Below are positions 1 through 8,572 of a stretch of 64,000 nt of DNA, piece after piece (the stretch's first letter is position 1; each line of letters starts with the position of its first letter). Source of the DNA: a virus. Its lineage: Duplodnaviria; Heunggongvirae; Uroviricota; Caudoviricetes. The DNA is taken from the IMG/VR virus record IMGVR_UViG_3300032323_004296. The stretch is one strand, 5' to 3'. The translations under genes and the position numbers were made by a program. The notes under the pieces were generated by a model. That model was not told the DNA's origin. It ran no database searches and saw nothing but the letters and a program-made list of their open reading frames with translations.

Positions 1-132
1 ACAAAAAAAATAGGCCCTGTAACTGCCGACCATTTGAAAGACAAAGAAAAATTCATGATAATAAACAAAAACGGCAAGTTAATCGGAAAAGGTAAAGAAA
101 TTGTATTAAGCCTATAGTGTTCAAATAACCAT

Positions 133-690
133 ATGAGTAAAAAAGTATACACAAAGACAGGAGACAAAGGGTATACTTCTTTATTAGGTGGAACAAAAGT
201 CCCAAAAAACAATTTAAGAATAGAAGCTTACGGAACCATAGACGAATTGAACTCATTTATTGGGTTACTCTCTGACCATTTATTTTCAGATAAGTCTAAG
301 TTTATGGAACAACAACTACAATTGAATATCATTCAAAATAACCTATTCAAAATAGGTTCTGTAGTTTCTAAAGACCCAAATGCTAAGTTAGGTTTCGAAT
401 TATCGTCAGTTGATTTAGAAGATGTGAAATCTTTAGAAAATTGGATTGATAAAATGGATAATGTTCTTCCTGAATTGAAAAACTTTATACTCCCTGGTGG
501 TCACATATATGTTTCTACTGCTCACGTATGTAGAACTGTTTGTAGAAGAGCTGAGCGACTTTGTGTTTTAGAATCAGTCCCCAACGAAATTTTAATTTAC
601 CTCAATAGATTAAGTGATTATCTATTTGTTCTTTCAAGATACGTTGGATTTGTAATTGGGGTGGAAGAAAAAGTTTGGAAGTCAAACTAA
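133..690 (+). CDS. ATP:cob(I)alamin adenosyltransferase, PduO-type
   Basis: N-terminus MSKKVYTKTGDKGYTSLLGG...RIEAYGTIDELNSFIG matches the PduO/MMAB-type corrinoid adenosyltransferase signature (Y-TRTGDKG-TSL; EAYGT-DELN). Full length of 185 aa is typical for the family. Confidence 0.8.
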   Translation: MSKKVYTKTGDKGYTSLLGGTKVPKNNLRIEAYGTIDELNSFIGLLSDHLFSDKSKFMEQQLQLNIIQNNLFKIGSVVSKDPNAKLGFELSSVDLEDVKSLENWIDKMDNVLPELKNFILPGGHIYVSTAHVCRTVCRRAERLCVLESVPNEILIYLNRLSDYLFVLSRYVGFVIGVEEKVWKSN

Positions 691-1034
691 AAAATATATT
701 CTACCGAATCACCCGGCTCAATACCCACTTCTTCACAAGTACCACCTTCAAGTTCTAAGACAATATTCCCTTTACCACAGTAAGAAGGACAGTCATCACT
801 TTTACATGGAGGACAGTCGTGGTGAATATTAACTATTACGTTATTTTTAATCATTATTATATCCAAGGGTATAATACAGTCTTTCATCCAGAAACATTGT
901 TCTTTTCCACCCATCAGAAAAAGTAACCCATCGAAAGTATTATCAAAACTTTTATTCTGCATTCCAAGGGATTGTGAATTTTCATCAATTAAAGTTTTGA
1001 CCTTGAAGATATTTTCATTTATTTTTACTTTCAT
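687..1034 (-). CDS. hypothetical small Cys-rich protein (CPPC...CPSYC)
   Basis: This is the lower part of the long minus ORF 687..1442. An internal ATG at 1034 gives a 116-aa product that fits the gap between the adenosyltransferase and the NUDIX gene. The upper part overlaps the NUDIX gene and was discarded. Confidence 0.35.
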   Translation of the reverse strand: MKVKINENIFKVKTLIDENSQSLGMQNKSFDNTFDGLLFLMGGKEQCFWMKDCIIPLDIIMIKNNVIVNIHHDCPPCKSDDCPSYCGKGNIVLELEGGTCEEVGIEPGDSVEYIF

Positions 1035-1047
1035 ATATATAAATACG

Positions 1048-1470
1048 ATGGAACAACAAACATATGTAGGAATAATAGTAAAACATAAGGAGAAATGTTT
1101 ATTATGTAAAAGAAATAGTAAAGGTTCATACCCTGGTATGTGGTCTATACCAGCAGGTAAATTAGAAAAAGAAGAAGATACCCTCGAAGGTGCAAAACGA
1201 GAATTTTTCGAAGAAACTAATTTAGACATTTCTGATAAAGAATTAACCTTCACAGGTATTCTTCCAAGACATACGAGAGACGGTAAAAAAGTTAAGGGAA
1301 GAATGTACACATACGTTCTAAACACCGACAAACAAATACACCCTGACTTGGAAAATGCTTCGGATGGTGATGAACATTCTGAGTGTAAATATTTTACAGC
1401 AGAACAAATGGACGAACTTTCTACGGGAACACATTTATACAAATTACTTCAAATTATTTTGGGTAAATAA
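1048..1470 (+). CDS. NUDIX hydrolase
   Basis: Nudix box GAKREFFEETNL (Gx5Ex7REUxEExGU pattern) in ORF 997..1470. The start was moved to the internal Met of MEQQTYVGIIV. Confidence 0.8.
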   Translation: MEQQTYVGIIVKHKEKCLLCKRNSKGSYPGMWSIPAGKLEKEEDTLEGAKREFFEETNLDISDKELTFTGILPRHTRDGKKVKGRMYTYVLNTDKQIHPDLENASDGDEHSECKYFTAEQMDELSTGTHLYKLLQIILGK

Positions 1471-1823
1471 TTGACTTTTCGAAAGTAATGTGATATTTAT
1501 ATATCCACACCTGTAAAAAGGTGAACACCCCACAAAAAAAGTTTCACAGGAAAAAATTTGATGAATTGAGAAATTCTTCTTAACTTTGTGAAACAAACGA
1601 GATGGTCAAACATCTCTCCCCTTAGTCCCACGAATTTGGTAGTTTGAGAAAAGTATCGTAGATTTGTGGGACTTTTTAATCGAATAAAGTTCTTTAACAT
1701 ATTGATTCTACCCATGTACAACCAAAGCATGACTTGGATGGTGACGACGGGGAATGGGTAGAATTTCTATAGAGTCTCATCACTTTATATTTACTCTAAG
1801 ACCCTTCGACTTTATATTATATT

Positions 1824-2189
1824 ATGCCATATAAAGACAAAGACAAACAAAGAGAAAAAAACAGAGAATATCAAAAAAAACATTATTCTCAAAAAAAAGA
1901 ATATTATTATCAGAAAGCGAAGGACTCTAAACTACGAGTGAAGACCGAATATGAAAATTATAAGAGGACTTTGAAATGTGAAATTTGTGGTGAAAATCAT
2001 CCTGCAACTTTGGACTTTCATCATAGAGAACCTGACCAAAAAGAATTTATTGTTTCAGAAACAATTTGGAGGTGGAGTTGGTCGAGGGTGAAAAAAGAAA
2101 TAGATAAATGTGCAGTTCTTTGTTCTAATTGTCATAGGAAGTTACACTATGAAGAAAAAATGGCGGGCGGAGGGCAAGGTGTCCTGTAG
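1824..2189 (+). CDS. HNH endonuclease (small, Lys-rich N-terminus)
   Basis: Motif CEICGENHPATLDFHHREPDQKEF...CAVLCSNCHRKLH is a classical HNH/zinc-finger nuclease signature. The ORF runs into the tRNA-like sequence before reaching a stop, so the true C-terminus may lie earlier. Confidence 0.7.
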   Translation: MPYKDKDKQREKNREYQKKHYSQKKEYYYQKAKDSKLRVKTEYENYKRTLKCEICGENHPATLDFHHREPDQKEFIVSETIWRWSWSRVKKEIDKCAVLCSNCHRKLHYEEKMAGGGQGVL

Positions 2190-2236
2190 GTCTCATAAGC
2201 CTATTCAGCTTGGTTCGATTCCAAGGCGTCGCAACA
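2163..2236 (+). other. tRNA-like element (anticodon-arm CAT; perfect T-arm), acceptor/D-arm non-canonical
   Basis: Perfect T-arm CTTGG-TTCGATT-CCAAG at 2206-2226. Anticodon arm TAGGT-CTCATAA-GCCTA carries anticodon CAT. The 5' acceptor strand does not pair with the 3' strand (GCGTCGC) and U8 is absent. This may be a degenerate tRNA, half of a split or intron-containing tRNA, or a tRNA-like domain of a larger RNA. Confidence 0.3.
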
Positions 2237-3307
2237 AAAAAAAAGTTTTATAAAAATTTGGAAGTATAAAAAACCTTTCTTAATTTTGTAGAACAATTGA
2301 AGGAAACGGGTTGTAAAGGTCCCTGAAAGGTTTCAGGTCGTAAAAATACCTTTTTCCTTCAAACTTGATAGTTCTTTGATTTAAGATATTGGGCGGTCTA
2401 TAGTCCATAAAATAAACTGTGAAAGCAGTATAAAGTGACCTACCTCGGTTGAAGTAGGTTGCGGCTCGATAGGGGTGTCCTCTGTTGAGCTCGAGTAGAC
2501 AAGCGGGATATCATCGTCCCTGAGTAGCTGAGGGTGACACTGTAGGCGAAATGGAATGATGACCAAGCGATGTGGTTCGTTTGGTTGAGGTGGGAACACC
2601 AATTAGAATAACCCGTAGAACTCTTGCAAGAAATATGGTCATCCAACTATATAATTGCGTGATTCAATATCAGAGTTGACTTAAAACCGAAAGGTATGAG
2701 TTCGTACAGGTGGTGCTGTTGTTCTCCTTAACCTTAGTCTACCAAGACATGAGTTATGAAGTTGACTTAAAGTATGGAGGTAGGGATATCTCAGAGAGTA
2801 GTTCAGTATTTCCTCGTTCAAAAGATGGGGAAGCAGGTTGACGGACCGCTACTTTCCAAATCCACAAACCAATTCATTTGTTAATATGGTTTAACAACTA
2901 ATAATTACAAACGGAAAAGTGTCCGTCAGTTGTCAGTGAAAGGTGACTACATAGTCGTGAAGAGTTCACGGCCGTGAAGGGTCCCAAGCCCGACACGATT
3001 TTTGAAAAAGTTCTCTATTCTCGCAAGGAAGTATTGGTGAGGCATCATCGAGGAGTAGCAAGTATCAAGAGAGTATCTGACAACTCAAGGTTTGATTAAC
3101 CTAATTAATCGTCACTGAGGATTACTTCTCAAAAGGAAGTGGAAACGAAGGGAACTCATAATCCTTTTAAAGATTCTCAAAATAAACTTGTATTCTCAAA
3201 GTTTTTTTAACTAATTGACCCCGTTTGTTTCTACAAATGGGGTTTTTTGTTTTTTTTTTTGGTAGATAAAAAAAATTCTTATATTTTCGTGTCCAAAACA
3301 AGAAAAA

Positions 3308-3865
3308 ATGACAAATGAACAAAGTTATTATTTAGAATTAGCAAAACAAAAATTCAATCAGGATAAGGATACAAATTGGAGTGCAAATTTCACAGATTTT
3401 GCTTGTGAATGTTTTGTAAAACTCCCACCATGTTCTTATGGTTCGAGGATTGCTGAATATTTGAGATTGGAATTGGGTGCAGAAAAAGTTTCATCAAGAC
3501 TTGGTATTGGTGACATTTTAGTTTCTAACACATATTATGAGGTAAAGGTTTCTTTTCTTTCAAGTATTTCGAATAAATGGTCCATTACACACATTAGACC
3601 TTGGCAAAAATTCAACAATTTCATTTTTTGTTTTATAGATTGTGAAAATAATTTCGTACCACAATTCTATGTTATAAATAGGAATTCAATTCATAAATTT
3701 AATACCACACCTATGAATGGTACTTCCAAATCTAACTCAGAAAACGGTAATATCGAAATGAGAACTGATATCGAAAAAGGGTCTGATTCTCATAGGCAAT
3801 TAATCAAACTAAATTTACTTAAAAACACAACATTGGAAGAATTACGTAGTTTCATAAATTCTTGA
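3308..3865 (+). CDS. hypothetical protein (possible PD-(D/E)xK-like motif GDIL..YEVK)
   Basis: 185-aa ORF with no overlap. Weak D...EVK nuclease-like motif. Confidence 0.5.
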   Translation: MTNEQSYYLELAKQKFNQDKDTNWSANFTDFACECFVKLPPCSYGSRIAEYLRLELGAEKVSSRLGIGDILVSNTYYEVKVSFLSSISNKWSITHIRPWQKFNNFIFCFIDCENNFVPQFYVINRNSIHKFNTTPMNGTSKSNSENGNIEMRTDIEKGSDSHRQLIKLNLLKNTTLEELRSFINS

Positions 3866-3923
3866 TATTTTTCAAAAAAAAAGATTGTATTGTGAGTAAT
3901 AAAGCCCAATAAAAAAAATACAA

Positions 3924-4253
3924 TTATTTGAATTCGTAAATTAATTCTAAATCTTCTATCTCGACACCAAAGATTGATAAGTTATAGTTTTCATAAGTAT
4001 CTCGTTTGAATTCTTCTTGAAACGAATTTTTACTGAATAAGTACTCGAACGTTGGGTTATCTGGCTCGTCGTTCACTTTTTTATTGAAAACATTGAATTT
4101 AATAGTCATAACCTCAGTTAGCTTTGCACTTTCTATTTTTAGATTGAATGATAATTTAGTTTTTCTTGAATCGTATGGCAGTCTTATGAAGACTGAGACA
4201 TTATGGATTTCTTTACCTGAAATATCATCCAAGTACTTTTTTAAGTTTTTCAT
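3924..4253 (-). CDS. hypothetical protein
   Basis: 109-aa ORF in an otherwise empty interval. Confidence 0.45.
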   Translation of the reverse strand: MKNLKKYLDDISGKEIHNVSVFIRLPYDSRKTKLSFNLKIESAKLTEVMTIKFNVFNKKVNDEPDNPTFEYLFSKNSFQEEFKRDTYENYNLSIFGVEIEDLELIYEFK

Positions 4254-4315
4254 GTATTAATAAATAGAATCAGAAAAAACTTTTTTGTCCTGAAAGGTAT
4301 TTATAAATAAAAAAA

Positions 4316-5440
4316 ATGAAAAATACTATCTTAAATGAAGAGTTAGATAAAATGAAGTTTATGTTTGGGTATCAGAAAGGAAGAGTGATATCTGAACAAT
4401 CTAAATCACCTGAACAAGAAATCTATGATTTGTTATATAAAGGAACCCTAGGACCTGCTGGTGGAGTTATGGGTACAAGCATTGAGAAATTGAAACAGGG
4501 TTTTGGAAAATTCACTGGTCCGAAACAACTATTGGCGGTTGAAAAAATGATGAATGATAAACCGATGGGAACATATAGTAACTTGAGTGCTTTGTTGAGA
4601 GGAGAGTTAGAATTGGACAACTATAAAGATTTCTTAGAAATACAAAAAATGGTTGAACCTAAGGGAATTTATCTCAAATCAGGTCCAGTAGATAAAAGGT
4701 CGGGTCAATGGCCATATAATACTATTACTATTTCTGCACCAACTACTTCTACACCAGCGGAAAAACCGAGAACAACACCGTCAGGATATAACTTACCTCA
4801 ACAACCGAGAACAACACCTTCAGGATATAACTTACCCAAACAAACAAATAATACAAATCAACTTTCTCAAGACCCATTAACCCCTAGAGTTGACAACAAA
4901 CCTAAAGTAACTTTTAAACCAAATGACAACTTTCCAATAAAATTCATGGATAGTGGCGAAAAAGTAAAACAATTACAAACTGCTTTAGGTGTTGTTAATA
5001 AAGCGGGACAACCTAATATTACAGGTAAATTTTATACTTCTACTGAACAAAAATTAGTTAATAAGATGAAAGAATTAGGTTTGACGTATGATAGGAATAA
5101 AGGTGTTGATGAAGAAACATTTAACTTAGTATTGAGTGGACCTAAACCATCAAGACAAATAGAAAAACCAATCGAAATGGATAGAAAGGATGTAAATTTA
5201 AATGTACCGAAGAATAAAATAACAACAAAGGCACCAACAATTAAAACACCTCAAACTGACCTATCACTCGAACAACAATATCAGTTGGCAGATATTGAAT
5301 TCGAAAAGGCTAACGATGCTCTGAAAGCAGCACAAGAAACTGGAGATAGGGCTCAAATAGGTGCTGCGAGAGGAATTCAGCAAGCTGCGAGAATTAAAAG
5401 ACGAGAGTTGGAACGTCAGTTATACCCACCCCAACAGTAG
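4316..5440 (+). CDS. hypothetical protein with tandem 11-aa repeat PRTTPSGYNLP x2, Thr/Pro-rich linker
   Basis: 374-aa ORF followed by a strong terminator. The repeat is visible in both protein and DNA (4771-4840). Confidence 0.6.
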   Translation: MKNTILNEELDKMKFMFGYQKGRVISEQSKSPEQEIYDLLYKGTLGPAGGVMGTSIEKLKQGFGKFTGPKQLLAVEKMMNDKPMGTYSNLSALLRGELELDNYKDFLEIQKMVEPKGIYLKSGPVDKRSGQWPYNTITISAPTTSTPAEKPRTTPSGYNLPQQPRTTPSGYNLPKQTNNTNQLSQDPLTPRVDNKPKVTFKPNDNFPIKFMDSGEKVKQLQTALGVVNKAGQPNITGKFYTSTEQKLVNKMKELGLTYDRNKGVDEETFNLVLSGPKPSRQIEKPIEMDRKDVNLNVPKNKITTKAPTIKTPQTDLSLEQQYQLADIEFEKANDALKAAQETGDRAQIGAARGIQQAARIKRRELERQLYPPQQ

Positions 5441-5460
5441 AAAGTTATAAAATATAAAAA

Positions 5461-5483
5461 CCCTCTAAGTTGAGGGTTTTTTT
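5461..5483 (+). terminator. rho-independent terminator
   Basis: Hairpin CCCTCtaagttGAGGG followed by TTTTTTT. Confidence 0.7.
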
Positions 5484-5484
5484 A

Positions 5485-5757
5485 TTATCTCATCCATGGA
5501 GACTTATCTAGTAAGTCTCGTAGTTTAGTTTTGTAAGTTCCCTTTTTCAAATAATCTTCAAAATATTCAGAAACGTCTCTTGCGTTGTTTCTACCTATCT
5601 CGTACATCAAAATAGTGTAAAGGAAGTTTGGTGTCAATTTATCAAAATTATACGATAACATTTGTTTTTTTACAAAACTCAGTAACATATCGATGAATCC
5701 TTCAGCGAAATTCATTTCTTTAAGAATTTTTTTCAAAACTTCAAAATCTTTTTCCAT
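5485..5757 (-). CDS. hypothetical protein
   Basis: 90-aa ORF on the minus strand. Confidence 0.45.
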   Translation of the reverse strand: MEKDFEVLKKILKEMNFAEGFIDMLLSFVKKQMLSYNFDKLTPNFLYTILMYEIGRNNARDVSEYFEDYLKKGTYKTKLRDLLDKSPWMR

Positions 5758-5794
5758 GGTTTTTATAAATATTTGTGATTTGGATTATTTTAAG

Positions 5795-5802
5795 TAACTT
5801 TG
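5795..5802 (+). promoter_or_regulatory. Bacteroidetes-type -7 promoter element TAACTTTG
   Basis: Matches TAnnTTTG and sits about 20 nt upstream of the ATG at 5822. Confidence 0.45.
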
Positions 5803-5821
5803 TGTTTCAAAATTACATAAA

Positions 5822-6367
5822 ATGTTTGACAAACTCATCGATTTAATCGTAACTTTTATTGGAGATTTTTTACCATTCAAAATTGTGGACCAATGGGAAA
5901 TGGGTGTTCATCTCAGAGTAGGTAAATTCATAAAGGTTGTGGAACCGGGTTTGAATTGGAAAATTCCTTTCTTTGACCAAATAATCACAACTCCTGTAAT
6001 AACTCAGACTGTAAACTTATCACCCCAAACAGTGACTTCTCAAGACGAGAAGAGTGTTGTTCTCACAAGTATTGTTCGATATCACATTCATGACGTTAGA
6101 AAGTTTTTGTTGGGAGTAATGCATGCGAACGATGTCTTGGTTGATACAACACAGGGAATTATTCGTGATATAGTTGAAGGTTGTAAATGGGATGATTTGT
6201 ATGATTTGAGTAGTGTGGTAACACCTGAGATTAACGAACAGGTGGAGAAGTGGGGAATAACTGTGGAACAGGTTAGTTTCCCCGACTTGGGAGAAATACA
6301 AACTTTCAGAATAATGAGTGATTCGGGCAAAAATTTCACTCCAATCGTACAAAACACTCAAGAATAA
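5822..6367 (+). CDS. hypothetical protein
   Basis: 181-aa ORF with an upstream -7 motif. The antisense ORFs 6020..6625 and 6088..6357 were discarded. Confidence 0.6.
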   Translation: MFDKLIDLIVTFIGDFLPFKIVDQWEMGVHLRVGKFIKVVEPGLNWKIPFFDQIITTPVITQTVNLSPQTVTSQDEKSVVLTSIVRYHIHDVRKFLLGVMHANDVLVDTTQGIIRDIVEGCKWDDLYDLSSVVTPEINEQVEKWGITVEQVSFPDLGEIQTFRIMSDSGKNFTPIVQNTQE

Positions 6368-6403
6368 TTTTTTTGGTAATGTTTTTTTCCTTATCTTTGT
6401 AAT

Positions 6404-6688
6404 ATGAATACAATGAGTCACTACAACATCAGGGTTATCAATGAAACCTACGGCACTTTGGTTGATGAAGATTTCGTCAATCCATCTCAATTCAAACTTT
6501 TTTTGAAGATGATTCAAGGTTGTTTGACTATGAAAGAAGACCTTACTTTTTTCAATGGGGTTGACTTCTTGATTCATGTTCCCTACAAGACCCTTGTGGA
6601 GTCCGTAATAACCACTAAAACTCACTATTTAACATTGACTGACCAACTTATCAATAAATCCAAAATAGAGTCACCAGTCTCAAAATAA
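6404..6688 (+). CDS. hypothetical protein
   Basis: 94-aa ORF. TATCTTTG lies at 6392-6399 just upstream. Confidence 0.5.
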   Translation: MNTMSHYNIRVINETYGTLVDEDFVNPSQFKLFLKMIQGCLTMKEDLTFFNGVDFLIHVPYKTLVESVITTKTHYLTLTDQLINKSKIESPVSK

Positions 6689-6694
6689 TAACTT

Positions 6695-6973
6695 ATGATA
6701 ACGATTCAAGACGTAATATCTCTCGCAACTACAAGACCCGATGATGCAAAACAAACAATAATCGAGTCAGACTCATTTATGATTTCTATTGTAGGTGGTA
6801 GACCAGGTTTATATGGTGATTTCGAGAATGATTTCGAAATTGCACTCATAGACAAACAGACAAAAGAATTTGTAACCAAGAAATATTTTCCTGATTTAAA
6901 AGATGATGTGATGGGTTGGGTATCTGCTCAGGAGACAGAAAGAATTATAAACGAGTTGATTTTTCCAAGTTAA
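6695..6973 (+). CDS. hypothetical protein
   Basis: 92-aa ORF tightly packed after the previous gene. Confidence 0.5.
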   Translation: MITIQDVISLATTRPDDAKQTIIESDSFMISIVGGRPGLYGDFENDFEIALIDKQTKEFVTKKYFPDLKDDVMGWVSAQETERIINELIFPS

Positions 6974-7014
6974 ACTTGGTGGTGGAGCGATTGTCCCTTA
7001 TCGGACAGTCCCAA

Positions 7015-7049
7015 TAAAGAGAGACTACGGTCTCTCTTTTTATTTTTTT
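7015..7049. terminator. bidirectional rho-independent terminator
   Basis: Hairpin AGAGAGACtacgGTCTCTCT followed by a T-run. It lies between the convergent genes 6695..6973(+) and 7040..7885(-). Confidence 0.65.
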
Positions 7050-7885
7050 ACATACTTGTGAGGTAATGTCGAGACTATTGGTGATGGAGAAATATTCCAA
7101 TTTATTTTTTCTTCATCGTTAATAGAACCTATGAAATAACAATAATCTTTTTCTTGAACAAATGATTTTGGTTCAAAGGTATCAAACCTTAACCCTAAAT
7201 GAAGTATATTCTCATTCGAAGATATTGAATCAGAAAAGCTCGAATTTTCTCCGATAGGTTTGAATAACTCAGCTCTATCGAATAGATATCGTAATATATT
7301 TTTATCGTAAATTATATAATCGTATAGGTTAAAATTCACTTGTTCAGATTCTAACATTCCTTGTCCACCACATTCGTTACAGGTTAAAACCTTGTCACCA
7401 CCACATTCAGGACAAGTTAACATTGAATCTCCATTACACACCTTACATCTAATTTGACCAGTCCCTCTGCAATTATCACAATCGGCATTTCCGTATTCAC
7501 CTGTCCCATAACATTTGTAACAAAATTGGCTACCCTCACCATCACAATCATCACATTTGACTACACCGAACATGTTACATTCCTTGCATCGGTTTTCACC
7601 TCCTTCACACTTTGGACAATCGATTTCTGCAAAATCATCTGATAAAAAATTGAAGATTGAAACTAACTTGATATTTGGTAAAATTTGTTCAGCCAAATCA
7701 AAACGTCCTGTTTGCTTGAGAGAAAAAATACCATAAACGATTTCAAACTTTTCAGCAGTAGAAAATCTCGAGAAATAGTTAGGTTGTGATTTGAGTTGTT
7801 TTTTCACTTCCATATAAATTCCATTGAGGGATTCAGGACATTCCTCTGATAGTGTTAAACAAATTTTCTTGATTGTATTTTTCAT
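7040..7885 (-). CDS. Cys-rich zinc-ribbon repeat protein (about 8 CxxCxGxG DnaJ-type repeats), paralog of 8561..9475
   Basis: Repeat run CPKCEGGE..CKECNMFG..CDDCDGEG..CYKCYGTG..CDNCRGTG..CKVCNGD..CPECGGD..CNECGGQG. The N-terminal domain is similar to that of 8561..9475. Confidence 0.7.
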   Translation of the reverse strand: MKNTIKKICLTLSEECPESLNGIYMEVKKQLKSQPNYFSRFSTAEKFEIVYGIFSLKQTGRFDLAEQILPNIKLVSIFNFLSDDFAEIDCPKCEGGENRCKECNMFGVVKCDDCDGEGSQFCYKCYGTGEYGNADCDNCRGTGQIRCKVCNGDSMLTCPECGGDKVLTCNECGGQGMLESEQVNFNLYDYIIYDKNILRYLFDRAELFKPIGENSSFSDSISSNENILHLGLRFDTFEPKSFVQEKDYCYFIGSINDEEKINWNISPSPIVSTLPHKYVKK

Positions 7886-7949
7886 TCAAACTATAAATAG
7901 CTTTGGAAAATTGAATTAATTTGATTATGTTTTCAAAAAACTAAATTAT

Positions 7950-8291
7950 ATGTCAATAACTATTAATTTATCTGAAAATGAAATTTTGAATACACCTAAC
8001 GATGCAGAATTGGGTGAAAAAGTAAGAAAAATGTATTGGGAAGAAAAAGAAGAGGAATCTATCCGTGAATATGATGACGAAAAGTTTATGATTATTGCTG
8101 ATGAGGACGGATTGGTTAAGGGAATACATTTACCAAAAAAAGATTCTTATGTAGAAAACGGATATGATAAATGTGTTGTCTGTGGTAAAGTGTCACCTTA
8201 CAAAACCTATACTCATATTCATACAAGAGTTGGGTATGTTGAAGGTGCTGGTCAAGGTTGTTTTCAATCAAACATGTGTAATTATAAATAA
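7950..8291 (+). CDS. hypothetical protein (C-terminal CxxC)
   Basis: 113-aa ORF. Confidence 0.5.
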   Translation: MSITINLSENEILNTPNDAELGEKVRKMYWEEKEEESIREYDDEKFMIIADEDGLVKGIHLPKKDSYVENGYDKCVVCGKVSPYKTYTHIHTRVGYVEGAGQGCFQSNMCNYK

Positions 8292-8296
8292 AAACT

Positions 8297-8572
8297 ATGA
8301 GTTACGAAACTACTGGATTTACTTTTATAAGAACTCTGATTTCACCTGAAGAGTTTACAAAATATGTTGTTTTTGAGTGTGAGAACTTCGTTTATTCTGC
8401 TCGATGTTATCAAAATATCATACAATTTATTCAAGGTCAAAGACACACAGAACTTCTGACAAATGGACAAACTCCAACAGAAGAACAAAATATTCAACAT
8501 GATTTGAGAAGGGAACTTTACAATGGTGACCATCAACCTTTACAGGATTGGATTGATAATCTAAATCAATAA
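8297..8572 (+). CDS. hypothetical protein
   Basis: 91-aa ORF. Confidence 0.45.
   Translation: MSYETTGFTFIRTLISPEEFTKYVVFECENFVYSARCYQNIIQFIQGQRHTELLTNGQTPTEEQNIQHDLRRELYNGDHQPLQDWIDNLNQ

Larger units (their letters stand above)
1471..3300. ncRNA. about 1.8-kb ORF-poor, stem-rich putative structured RNA region (class unknown) containing the HNH ORF
   Basis: No credible ORFs except the embedded HNH. Long perfect stems are present, e.g. ATTCTACCCAT..ATGGGTAGAAT near 1700-1760 and AGTCCCAC..GTGGGACT near 1625-1675. Positions 2400-3100 are locally richer in GC. A tRNA-like T-arm lies at 2206-2226. Confidence 0.35.

Noticed and set aside
1035-1442. Upper part of the long minus ORF 687..1442
   Set aside because: It overlaps the NUDIX hydrolase gene, which has a definite motif. 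Only the non-overlapping 687..1034 part was kept as a possible small gene.
2163-2236. Possible complete tRNA-Met (CAT)
   Set aside because: The T-arm and anticodon arm are perfect, but the acceptor stem cannot be paired (5' GGCGGGC vs 3' GCGTCGC) and U8 is missing. It is reported only as a tRNA-like element.
2380-3180. Group I or group II intron core, rRNA fragment or tmRNA
   Set aside because: No convincing P/Q/R/S core (beyond a weak TATAGTCC match), no domain V consensus, no tmRNA tag frame or 3' end, and no rRNA-like stretch could be recognised by eye. Left as an unclassified structured region.
6020-6625. 201-aa minus-strand ORF (and nested 6088..6357)
   Set aside because: It overlaps two plus-strand genes that each carry a -7 promoter box and fit the co-directional packing. 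It has no start context of its own.
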